DNA from: Oopsacas minuta
Lineage: Eukaryota; Animalia; Porifera
Assembly (NCBI GenBank): GCA_024704765.1
Contig: JAKMXF010000033.1
Coordinates: 186,001 to 250,000 of the forward strand
Direction of reading: 5' to 3'
DNA: 64,000 bases
Notes under the pieces: model-generated
Told to the model about the DNA's origin: nothing
The model's input: only the letters and a program-made list of their open reading frames with translations
The model's database searches: none
Position numbers and translations under genes: made by a program
Shown here: positions 33,401-44,400 of the stretch, one piece after another
How the letters are laid out: each line of letters opens with the position of its first letter
How positions within the stretch are numbered: the first letter of the stretch is position 1

Positions 33401-36108
33401 ACAGAAACAAGGTAAGATTTGATTGAAATTTTTGAGTAAAATCCGCTAAAAATTGTATTATCCATGGTTCATAAGACTATTTACAAACTTACTACATCCA
33501 TCATCCCATTTTATTGAATGTCCGCATAGCATAGCATTACCATTTCTACTCTAGACTTTTTCACGCGAGGCCCCCCTCCACCTTACAACTCAAACCTCCC
33601 TAAAGGAATGTCAGCTGATCAATTCAGACATGAGAGGAATTCTCAATACGGTTACGTCATCATTAATCCAGATGATGATTCTGACGATGAGGGTAAGTTA
33701 TTTATTGTCTGTTGTTGTTTGTTATCTTATATTTATAAATATCATTTGTACAGAGCTAGATGCTGAGATAGAGACTCTCCCCACCACTGCACTGGCCCGC
33801 AAGATTATGCGACACGACTCAATAGCTAAGAAAATGGTGTATGGACATGGTGACAGAGAAGAGGATGTTGTAGGTAAGTTATACCATCCATGGTTATATA
33901 TTTTCCTAATTACAGTAGATGCTGGTTATAAGAACACACTAAGGAGTAGCAATACGTTCTTATAACCGGCATAAATATACAGGAGTATATGAGGACAGTT
34001 TTCCAGAGGACGGTGCTTATATCGGCATGTTCTTATAATTATATCCAGTTTTCTTATCACCGACATCTACTGTAATACAATTTTGAATCTCCAATAAACT
34101 GATGCCATAAGATAGTAATGTGAATTGAGACAGCTCATCCATTCCTAGCTAATACAGTCATAGTGTGTTATGTAAACATTACATTAGTTAGCTTCCAATT
34201 AACTTCTGTAACAGCTTCTAATGCCCATTACGTAATTTTAGATAACAATATTTTAAGCTGATATTCTGGTTATATCAGGAAAGTTTCTGATAACAGACAA
34301 TGAACTTTCTCTAATTGGAAATCTAATCGATTAAAAGCATTTTTGTACAATCACTACTCGACCCCTGTCCCGAGCATATGTTATGTTGGTCCATTTATAT
34401 AGCCCCCTAAGTCCTCACAAATGGTTCTCTCAAATTTAAGTTTAAATTCACTCTAATTAAGTGCTAATTTATTAATATTTATCAATATTAATATAGTGTA
34501 ATATATCAGCAGATGTCTGTGGTTTCATATCGCAATACAAACCGAAAATCCTGAATATATTAGAATAATCTGTAAGCATAGAGTATGTATAAGAATTGTT
34601 GTTAAGCAAATCGTAGAATGGATAAATAAAATTCAGTTCAGTGTGTTTTAACGAAATCTCTTAAAAGACACAATTTCCAATTAAGGAGATTTGTTTCTAA
34701 CATTTAAGTTCGCTTGTCGTACATACATTTCTTGTCAAGTTACACAGTCTTGATGAGATAAGAAGCCGTTCACCATGCTTCTATCGGGCTTGCAAATTCT
34801 ATCACAAGTATTTGTCCGTTTTTGCCATTCTCCTGGGCCTAGTAATAAACATATTTGGTAGTCTAAGGTATAAATAGAATAGATCGAGTGATAAGTAACT
34901 TTTACACACTTAGATTTTTGTAAATTTTTCTCTTAAAAGAATGGAGTTATTACGAGCTACGCTGTCAGGATACATAGAACAGTTTAATACATATAGAAGT
35001 ATGATTACTGATTATATACCATTTACAGTGCCAACTGCTGAGAGAAAGGCAGCTGTTGAGACGTCCCTCCTCAGACGGTTAAGCCAGAGACCAAATAAAG
35101 AGGACCTGGAGAATAGAGGAATACTCAAAAGTATGTTTTGGAATTTGTCTGTCTGTCTGTTTGTTTGTTTGTGTGTTTATTCGTTTGTTTGTGTGTTTAT
35201 TCGTTTGTTGGGATGACTGCTTTGATGTTTGTTGTTTTTTTTAGGAAACAACAAATCTTGGAAACAAGAGTTAGAAGAAAAACAAACAAGTTTAGTTAGA
35301 CAGGTTTGTTTATTAGATTATCACCTAAGTATATTCCTAATTATATTTAATCGCATTTTACAGCTCAGTAGAAGACCAACAGTTAAAGAGCTAAGAGACA
35401 GGAGAATTTTAATGTAAGTCCATTTCCCATTTTATGAGCTTATTAACATATTGTTATATTACTTCAGATCATTTGCTGATTATGCAGAAGTAGCAGAAGC
35501 TCTGGATTATGATAGACGAGCAGATAAACCATGGACGAGATTAACTGCTGAAGATAAAGTAAGTACAAATAATTCTTGCATAAAATTTCCCGGTCACTGC
35601 ATTATTTGATGTTATTTCCACCAAAAGAACTGGTCACAGTTTGCTGTCGAAAATCAAATTCTTAAATCTCGATTTCTCGTTCGAATAGTGAAGTATTTCT
35701 CAATTCTTGTAATAATCTAAGAAAGAAAAGTCGTATCTTTCCTACATATTGGGCAATTCATTACATATATCTGCGGATGCTATAACTCAGCTATTTACCC
35801 ACTCAGTACTGTCACTAATTATATTATTATAATAGGCGATGATAAGACAAGAACTGAATTCATTTAAAGAGAGAGAAATGCAAGTACATCCTGAGAGCGC
35901 TATTTATACAAGGTAAATACCATACGACACATATTGTAGTTAGGAAGAGGGGCATGGATATCCTATTACGGCATATGTACTACGCTTGTATTGAATCGGA
36001 AAGAATTTCTTCTAAATGTATATATTTTGACCGCCCGTCCGTTGGTGTTCGTATTAACACGGTTCACTGTATTTATGAACACATCTCTCTAGATTCCACA
36101 AACCGTAA
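27498..36108 (+). CDS. PHACTR: Phosphatase and actin regulator (RPEL repeats)
   Basis: Exon 1 (27498-27939; ..[24 protein letters not shown]) joins in phase 1 to 32521-32598 ([21 protein letters not shown]). Later exons give [67 protein letters not shown]|[21 protein letters not shown]|FHKP*. Confidence 0.9.
28034..28127. mobile_element. CAGTCAACTCC-family MITE
   Basis: Perfect 11-bp TIR with TA on both sides. Confidence 0.85.
29280..29500 (-). pseudogene. Possible decayed hAT (Charlie/SPIN-like) transposase C-terminal fragment
   Basis: Broken frames read [21 protein letters not shown] / [13 protein letters not shown] / RSFLSKM, loosely like ELIELQSD..FW..YP..A.KxLxxFGSTYxCEQxFSxM. The resemblance is weak and by eye. 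Confidence 0.2.
29656..31728 (+). CDS. ZC3H4: Triple CCCH zinc-finger protein (ZC3H4/ZC3H6 family), intronless, nested on the same strand in PHACTR intron 1
   Basis: 690-aa ORF with [39 protein letters not shown] and [20 protein letters not shown], plus C-terminal SDPRL, LRDP and LLDPR motifs. Confidence 0.88.
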   Translation: MSQCNNSPNGDYTRPENAMSDGEISSETEQINIENMQNLSVMKEGEINVVKTSEDFFDSSGGDRSEGEVSDPELDPSTKPISHKPTDVDNNPWTQAAMGNYPSLPISRESGEDWRGDNVEVWNEYYTQALEHAKLNRRKKGRGKDIKRSPREMLGKSRKRKNQGKPYPPQVKTETNQLMESDESSDFDFEEKEPRMSLSDVIAQNNHIDLAVFAAENPDSMRGKKVKHFLQGPLKKKKKKKRYLKSNHIRHESRQEYWSQDKFRSTVMQPQYCIDTTVCMYWKMYGYCNKGDACGYSHLAQLKGVAPPTKRIPDVCKFYLQDSCQKGSNCNYYHEDFPCKYFHVGLTCYQGQNCKFSHAPLNEDTSKLLDKAWQTKPWTTSSTNLREDQPSENQFPALYSAVPQKEQTPPPPNFSLSSPSPMRFPHPQVDPSVPPHRYPFPPTQGPLFEPQNRPLMMPPQQLPYRPHPQIHINPRFAPLQFPSGSIPNRFPIQPFPINPLVTNIDPSPPSYQPISYESDDPGQPPVSPLSFLSDDIEDKVLMIDAGPVNSDRETEAPPALLSPKHPNIDLLFQTTSPTSPILSRSDSGQSDPRLSKGSRSKRGSLSDPPDSFSRPVSVESIRSPDLFSDTPPLLSPEPKLISPVDIKPKPEDLKFEMPLPLRDPATLTKLLDPRILFQNAIEKARKQDKS
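33080..33146. mobile_element. Short TTATAAGAAC-family MITE
   Basis: TA|cagtcggtgtcggttatagaa ... gttcttataaccgg..gacatctgctg|TA. Confidence 0.65.
33913..34072. mobile_element. TTATAAGAAC-family MITE
   Basis: TA|cagtagatgctggttataagaac ... ccgacatctactg|TA. Confidence 0.8.
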
Positions 36109-36513
36109 CTTGATGCTCGACACCCTCTCCCAATCTCTCTGGACAAGAACTGTCAACTGAGATCTGCCCTGTATTTTAAAAATACCATTAATACCATACT
36201 TTTACAATATTGGTTTTTTTATTCATGTAAAAATTAATTCTCCAACGGGCACGTGTCATCTATGGTTTTATTAGAATCTTTGTTAGTATTGTAATTCTAA
36301 TAACAGTGTATTGTCTCCTATTATTTTAGATATACCATTATTGTATATATCTAATCTCTAGGTTGTATGAGTAAGCTATTTGATCATTTTACCTCAGGAA
36401 TATTTCATTTTCATTTCCACACATATAATATTATCCTACTCCCTCTTGACTCATTTAATGTATGCATGCATTCATCTTCTGTATAAAACAAGGAATATTC
36501 ACAATCTTATTCA

Positions 36514-38904
36514 TTAGAGATACATGTCAATAAATTCTTTCGGATTTATTGGGATTGAGCTCTTTGTTTTCGGGTGGTTTATTTTGTAGATACAGGGATG
36601 GATTGAGTCCTAGAGGATGTAATTTGGTTAATTGGAAGTAGTAAGTAGTAGGGCGGCGTGTCATAAGGAGAAGGGGAAATTTTTAAATCACAAATTTGAG
36701 ATTTTTGCTGGATATTTTTGGGTGGACAATAGAATAAGAAGAATAACGTGAAAATCCTGGAATTAATCAATATCCCGATAAGTATGCCCTCCTCACAAGA
36801 AAATACAATTAGAAGACCCTCCAGCTGGAAATCCGGTACTCCAGGTTACAATATAAACCAATAACTTACTTCCCAATACAAGAATTCACAGATAGTACAT
36901 AGCTGTATAATCCTCGGGCTTTGGTCCATCTTCACATAAACTTCACTAGAATAGTAAATAATAATACATTCAATTTTTATTATTTCTGTTCTACTTACTT
37001 GTACCAGCGTCTGTATGCTTGCATTGCTGTATCTACTGTTACTTCGTTTTGAATGTGATAATTTTTCCCAATATAATCTCCCTAGAATAATTAACCTAAC
37101 ACCCAACTCCTGTTATATCGAAGCTCAAGGTACTGCGATAATTAATTCGATGTAACTGGAGTTGACCCAGTGACGTAGCTTGGGTTTAGGAACACGTTCC
37201 CCCTTGTCAGAAATCCTGACCACCCCACTGATATCACTTACCATCATTTGTGTGTAATGAGTCTGTGAATAAGTTCTTAACAGCTCTCTCCATAATCTGC
37301 TATCATACACTATAGCCCAGAACCTCCTACACATTAATACACCATTATAACTATACGTATCATACCCATGATAAGGTTCAGGACTTGCTGATGTACTTTT
37401 ATTCGTAGCTTTTACACGTAAATAGAGTTATGCTGATCATAAACTCATATTAATTAGTAATTTAGTAAACACAGGAGATAGGACTTCAGCACAAGACTGC
37501 TCTGTTTAGTCGTTAAAAGAATCGAATCATTAATTGTATCAAATTAGAGTTAGTTCAATGTTATTAATAGTCTAGGAAGATGCACAATTCCACTTGGAAA
37601 GTATCCATACTTGATTTGAGTTAATGTAGTTACCTGCAAGTTCTTCCTAGGTTGAATATTTCAATAGGATTCTGTACTAATATTATAATCTGCCTCAAGC
37701 AGTCGTCAGGGAGAGAGGAGAGATGCGAGCTAGTTTCGCTAGTTTCTCTAGTGTATTTATTCTCAATGTATTGCATTAGAATTGCTTTGAGATTATAAAT
37801 CTTTTTAAGCTGAGCCTGAGCTTGCTTCTTGCAATGTAAATTCGGTGAATTACGACTAACTAAAGTTGAATACACAGCAGGGCGGTCTCAGGATCTGGTA
37901 TATCCTGGAAAATGCCAATTTATAAGTATAAATTACCTTGTTTGAGATTATAGACAACATCATTCAAGCATATTACACAGCTAGAGTGATTGTCCTCCGT
38001 TCTGATAACTAAAGTGTTTGCAATTAATAATATCAGTGGTCATGTGTCCTTCGTGAATCATAACACAATAATATTGTTGTGTATTTTTGCGACTCAATGG
38101 CTTGTGTGTTAATTAATGGGTGTGTAGGAGTATGATGACAATATTCATTACTATAAGACACCAAACATGAGTTTTCATGCACGAATTACATCGTGATAGT
38201 GCAGTAATTCCAAGTTCCCGATTGAGCAGGCTATTTAGTATTTACCGTAAGTAATAAGAGACTCTAGAATATTGAAAACGTGTAGTTGAGCAGATCCAGA
38301 CAGAGATGGATAAATGCTTTCTTCGAAAAGCAACTTTATAATCTACAAAATATAATCAAATAATATTTACAATTTCTGCAATACAAGAATATTACCTGAA
38401 TAATGAACGGATGATATTTTGTATTTTCTGTAGCTAAGACGAAGTGCATTTGTAGCATTGCTTGTCCGATAGAAGTATAGCTTGAACTCTAATTGAGCTA
38501 ATTAATAAATAATAATATACGAATAATACGAGAAGTGTTACCTCTCTAGACGTCCCTTGTCTCCTTTTACTGTATTTAACGAAAGAACTTTCTAGAAAAA
38601 TAAGTAATATATTAGTCAAATTGACGAATATTATTATTTATAACCCACCGAGCATCTTCTTCACTTGCTCTTTCCTATCTTCTGAACTAAATAATACAAA
38701 AATTCAAATAACAATCAGAAAAATAATTCTAAAATTAACCTACTCCTTGGGTGTTACAACTTTCGGAGTTTCTTTAAGTTTATATTCACTCGTATGCCCC
38801 ACTACTGGTTTCCATCCAGAGAGGGTCTTAGTCCATTTCTTTCCCCCAGACTTCTCGCTTTTGTTACTACCACTGTAACTACTTGAATGACCCAAGAAAG
38901 GCAT
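36514..38904 (-). CDS. FBXO32: F-box protein of the FBXO32 (atrogin-1)/FBXO25 family
   Basis: MPFLG..WTKTLSGWK, YTSIGQAMLQMHF, SLSGSAQLHVFNILE, F-box LSSLPDDCLRQII, WRELL, QLCTICEFLYWE|DSIHPC..PINPKEFIDMYL*. All joins are phase-consistent. Confidence 0.87.
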
Positions 38905-38980
38905 TGTCTGCTTAGCTAACAAACGAATCTGGCATTCGTATTAATCAATATTTTGTATTATAGTTTGTTGATAGTTTAAA

Positions 38981-39990
38981 ATGATGTTTAAAGGGACTAG
39001 AGCACTAATTAAGAACATAGCTCACATTCCTGAGTTCCCAAGGATAGGTTTAGAACATCTAGAGCCTCACCCTGGATCCAGGAAAAGGGTTTGTATATGT
39101 AACAACTACTTCTATTTTGGTAAATTATTTATTTAATTGTGTAGAAGCGAGCACGAGGACGCGGTCACGGAAACAGGAAAGGAAAGACAGCTGGGAGGGG
39201 TCACAAAGGGCAGGGACAGAGGAGCAATGCTAAATACAGAAAGTTCGGATTTGAAGGGGGGAACACTCCTTTCTATAGAACAGTTCCTCAGAAGGGTTTT
39301 TATAATAGGTATGGTATACGAATATGTTAAATTAAAAAATTCACACTTTATTATAATCTCTTGATTAGAGATGCACTAAAAATAGCACCACTTAATCTTA
39401 ACAAAATACAGAGATGGATCGATATGGGACGGATAGATCCTACACAGCCTATTACTCTACCTATTCTGAGAGGTACAAAGCTTGTAACGAGAATTGTCGA
39501 TGGTGTAAAGCTACTAGCCGACGTAAGTTATTCATAAGTCTAGTGAAAGTGACTGTAGTATCATAATGATCATATTTCTTAGGGGTCTGATTGGTTTGAG
39601 GCAAAGATCGACATAGAAGTAACAAGAGCCTCTAAAGCAGCCATCAGTAAAATAGAGGAGGTAGGAGGAAGTGTTGTTTGTAAATTCTACGGGAGACAAG
39701 CTCTCAGATATCTAATGAAACCACACAAGTTCTATGATAGACTTATACCGCGTAATCCGGTACCCAGAGGTCATCTGCTTGCTTACTATATGAACAAAGA
39801 TAAGAGAGGGTATCTAGCTGTAACAGAAGAAGGAAGAGCTAGATTAGTAGAAGCTGGATTGTCCAGAGCATATCTTAACAAGGAGGGGAGAGTTGTACTG
39901 AGACAACTAGAACTAGACGAAAAGGATCAAACAGTTGATGAAAATGAGAAAATAAAGAGTGATAAATTGAAGGAGGAGATTATCAGTTAA
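38981..39990 (+). CDS. MRPL15: Mitochondrial ribosomal protein uL15m
   Basis: Exons 38981-39088, 39145-39308, 39369-39522 and 39583-39990: [75 protein letters not shown]. Confidence 0.93.
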
Positions 39991-40147
39991 ATAATGAGAA
40001 TTCAACCAATCACTTGTTAGGGTTTATATTCTAATTATAATACCTTATAATCACGGGACACCATGGATTAATCATAAGATATGAGTAGAGCCCTCACACT
40101 AAATATTGCACTATTGCATACAATTTGAGGTAATAACAAACTGTGTT

Positions 40148-41348
40148 TCAGAGAACATTCATTGAACCAGCAGGCTGAAAATCCTTAACCTTGTGATCTG
40201 CTGGATTAGCTCTGAGTTCATATGACGTGATCACTACTTCTTGTCTCCTAGCCTATGAATATAGTAATAGATTCATCTAGCAATGATATATACTAGTGTG
40301 TTAGTAGATGTCCATTATAAGAACATGAATAGCTACACCTAAGGGTGTTCTTATAACATGTATCCACTGTATATACCTTTAGGAACTCTCCGTTTAACCC
40401 AATATAGTATATACGAGTGCTCTCATCGCCGTAATTCTTACTGAAATATAGAGTTAAACTCTCCACAGACGATAGTTTAGAAGACCTACGAAATAATAAA
40501 ATAGCTAAAATTCATGTTTATATTAATCTTTCCATTAAATACTCTGTAACAATCTCACGCAATATCCAATAGTCAATGTTAATTATTTCCATATAAGGAG
40601 ATTTTGTGTACTAGTATTTCTTATGTAGATATTATTATTGCTGTATTAGGTAATAGTAAACAGACTTGAGTGGATACTCTAGGTTTCCTTTAGCATCATG
40701 TCCTAAGTATAATTCTTGTTCTGGATGGGTCCTGGACATCTCGTCGAATCCTACTTGTTGTGCGTTCTTAAACCTGTACGTATGAATTAATTATTTTATT
40801 CTTACATATTTCTAGATAACTCACAGTTTTAATGTTTGGGGATGTGTTCCCCCCTCTCCTCCTATTATTATTATACTTTTCAGTTTTACACTGCCAGTGA
40901 ATCTAACAAGAATTCCTGCTATTAAATGTATTACAGTAATTTTGCTCAATAGGGTCAGATCGGACCAGGCAATTTTGACCCGGTTAACCGTAACTATAAG
41001 CGGAGTGTAGTGTATATACAAAGTCATGTGTTAGTATAGCTTACGGGATATAGAATAGCAATTCTTCATCAACATCACTATCTACGAACTACTGTAAAGA
41101 TAATCTCAATAAATTCGGAATATTATTACTTTCTACGTAGCGTATTCTCTGTATAAGCTCACTATCACCTTTTCTTTGTTAAGCCTCTCATCCCATGGTT
41201 TGAATACATACTTCCCTGCACCATCAATTGACTCATTAAGACACTTCACTTTATCTGTGTCTATTTTTAGATACAAACTATATTTATCACCTGCTCCATC
41301 TTCCGGATTATTATGATCACATCCTCCATGTCCATGTGAACAAGCCAT
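40148..41348 (-). CDS. PITHD1: PITH domain-containing protein 1
   Basis: MACSHGHGGCDH..YSLYLKID..CLNES..VFKPWDER|FVDSDVDEELLFYIP|FTGSVKLKSI..|..KNYGDESTRIYYIGLNGEF|..YELRANPADHK. Confidence 0.93.
40302..40369. mobile_element. Short TTATAAGAAC-family MITE in a PITHD1 intron
   Basis: tagtagatgtccattataagaac ... gttcttataacatgtatccactg|TA. Confidence 0.65.
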
Positions 41349-41451
41349 CCAGCATGCGCTAATTATATTTATTTAGAGATTATCTACTGTGAGTAATTTA
41401 TTTGTCAACAACAACAACTTTATGAATCAAAATAATAAACAAAATTATATA

Positions 41452-44400
41452 TCAGTCTTGTAGCATTAGATCAGTTCCTGATATATCCTTGCCTGGTATT
41501 CCCTCATAGAATATTCTTCCAGGTTCTCTATTACTCATCTCATTAACTAAATAAACAATATTATTAGCCATTGAAACGAATCGTTAGCATAATTATTGGC
41601 TAAAAGGTGTGAAAATATGATTAAACATATATTCTACACCTCTAGGACAATATTTCAAAATTGTCCTAGGGATTGGCTTCCAACAGCTAATTAGGGGTAA
41701 GCAGGGACGTAGAATTCGATTCTGACACTTTCAAATGTCTAACACTATTGTTTAGTAGGTTATTATAGACTCAAACAAATTCTGTCGGCACATACATGTA
41801 TTGTGATTTGAGATTTTTAATCACACTTTGACACGTTTTGTTATACACCTACAAGTCTGTCAGCTGGGCATGTTATATAACACTTTGACACGTTTTGTTA
41901 TACACCTACAAGTGTGTCAGCTGGGCATGTTATATAACACTTTGTTTTAACATTTCTAAGATACCTTGTCTCATAGTAAAGATATTGGGCTTAGAAAAGA
42001 GTGTTACTTTCTTACTGCCATGAATATTATCTCCAATCTCTTCTATCAATATTCTACGTATATATCCGCCATCTACCAACGTCTGTAGAATGTCTCTCAA
42101 ATGTCTTAATTGACAAAATCCGTGGAAATAGTTCAGTACTGACAACTCACTAACTCCACTCTCTGTGGCAATATAATGGTGTATGCTACGAGTAAGTTGA
42201 TTAAGCATTAGTTTGTTCCAACTTAAGTCAGAGCTAATTAAGCCAATCCATGGTCTGAAACAGGTAACGCATTGCTCTGCTAGTGTAGCTTGAGTTTGTT
42301 CAGATGATTGAATTGAATCTATTGGGTGGGGGACAATCTCATTTTTGTAGAGTTTCGTATTTACTACTCATTTACCTAACCCCAAGAGGGGATGTAACCA
42401 TGTATCTGAGTATTCCCTTGCTATCAAACAAGCTTCAGTAGTCCCTGCTCTAATCACTAGCTTAAAGTTAACTAAATTCTGTATTAGAATCTCATTATTA
42501 AGTCCACTGTCACCACAGCTAGAGCTATTCTAATTAAATACGAATATTCAAATTGTTACATACGTATTTGTTTAGTGCAGAATTATACCTGTATTAACTC
42601 AAGTTCAGATACTCCTAGTACTTTTTGTTCGCTAATTACTTCTAGCATCGATTGTGATATATCCACATCTGATTGAGTATAGTGTAGATACTCTGTTGCG
42701 AGTTTAACGTAGGATTCCCAGGTTATTTCCTCTATTTGTGAGTCAGGGTAGCAAGAAAAATTGGGAGGTAACTCTCTCGTTTCGAACTCTACAGTACTCC
42801 AGGGGTCTGATACAGCTAGGGTTACAATATCAGAGCACTTCATTACTAAGAAAATTTGTCTTATCTTATTAATTGTTGTACACATTTAGATTGTATTTAC
42901 CATCTATTTTAGAAAACCCGAAATAACTGCTAGTACTTGAGTAACGATCTTTCTTATCTTCTATTTCATCTACATCCATAGGAACAGGATTATTAGAAGT
43001 TTGACTTGAGTTAGATTTCTGAAGTTTTGCACTTCTTTCATAAACTGTAAGAGGGAACTGACAACTTGATTCTTCTCCTAGTTTTCTAATCTTGTAAGGC
43101 AACTCTATGTCCAGACGGAACTAAATACACAGAATAGATTAATCCAAGTTCTGTAAAAATGCGACACCTCTCTGAGGATTAAAGTACTACGGTATAGAGT
43201 AATTATAGATTACATTGGAAGGATGAGAGTGTAGATGCTTCAGTAAGCTATAGAAATCAGCTGGACTGACAAGCATGATATCTTCATTCAGTGTAGTTAT
43301 TAGTGTCTGTGAGTTGTCAGGATTATCTGAATAGAGTGGAATGTCTGATAGGGAGTAGGGAATCAGCTGGGGCTCTAGTAAACAGCTGAGAGGAGATGAC
43401 TCTGTCATCCTACTATGCATTCTAAAGGAATATACATACAATCAACTCCAGTCATATCGAAGTAATTAAGGCTTGAGCTTCGAAATAACAAGAGTTGCTT
43501 GTGACAGTATACTGCTATACTTACAAATACTTAAACTTGTATCTCATATCACCGCTCCCAGCCTCCTTATTCTTGACCAATACATTATTCTGTTTGAGTA
43601 GAGTAACTACACGTCTCAGTAGAGGAGATGAGAATTTGTTATACATCAAATAAGCTGTATAACTCTCAAATGCACAGCCAGAATACATTGACACAGTTGA
43701 TAGTATCATATCTTGTAGCATGAATAACTTTATCGTATCTTCATCCTTGTGGCTCTCTGTTTCCACCTAGTTTATGCACGTACATACATTCACAGCTGAT
43801 TATAGTTATAATAAATATACCGTTAGTTTGTACGTGGCAATACATAGTTTATTGATGTTGTAATTATCTGTCAGTTCTCTATAGGAGTATGGCAATAGAG
43901 TAGTTGTATTTTTGAATTCTCCTTTCAGGGCAGCAGCTGGGTTCGCACTCAATTTACCACTTGTATACTGATACACATTCTCAAATGTGTATTCACTGCT
44001 GTCATGTGTTTTCTATAAATAAAGAATAATGTTTACATTATTCTTATTCCTGGGTCTTTCTACTCACCAAATCATTGTATATATCTTGTATTGAGATATC
44101 ACTATAGTTATGTAACATGGGAGTTTTCTTGAATAGTCCCCTAAGATTTCTCCTTATAGCTGAAGTAGGTTTATCCCTAGATGTCTCTACTAGTACTGAC
44201 ATTATATTAACCATAGTAGAGACTTGCTTCTGTAACAATTTTATTAAAGTAACACTAGTTATGTAGCAGAGCAGTAACTTCTTATTTTCTTCTTGAGTCC
44301 ATGGAGAACATCGAGTGAGAGATTTCCTCATTAACCCTGACTCTTCAGGACATTTTATGTTTGCTCTTATGAAACTCATCATATTGCTTGAGTAGACCCG

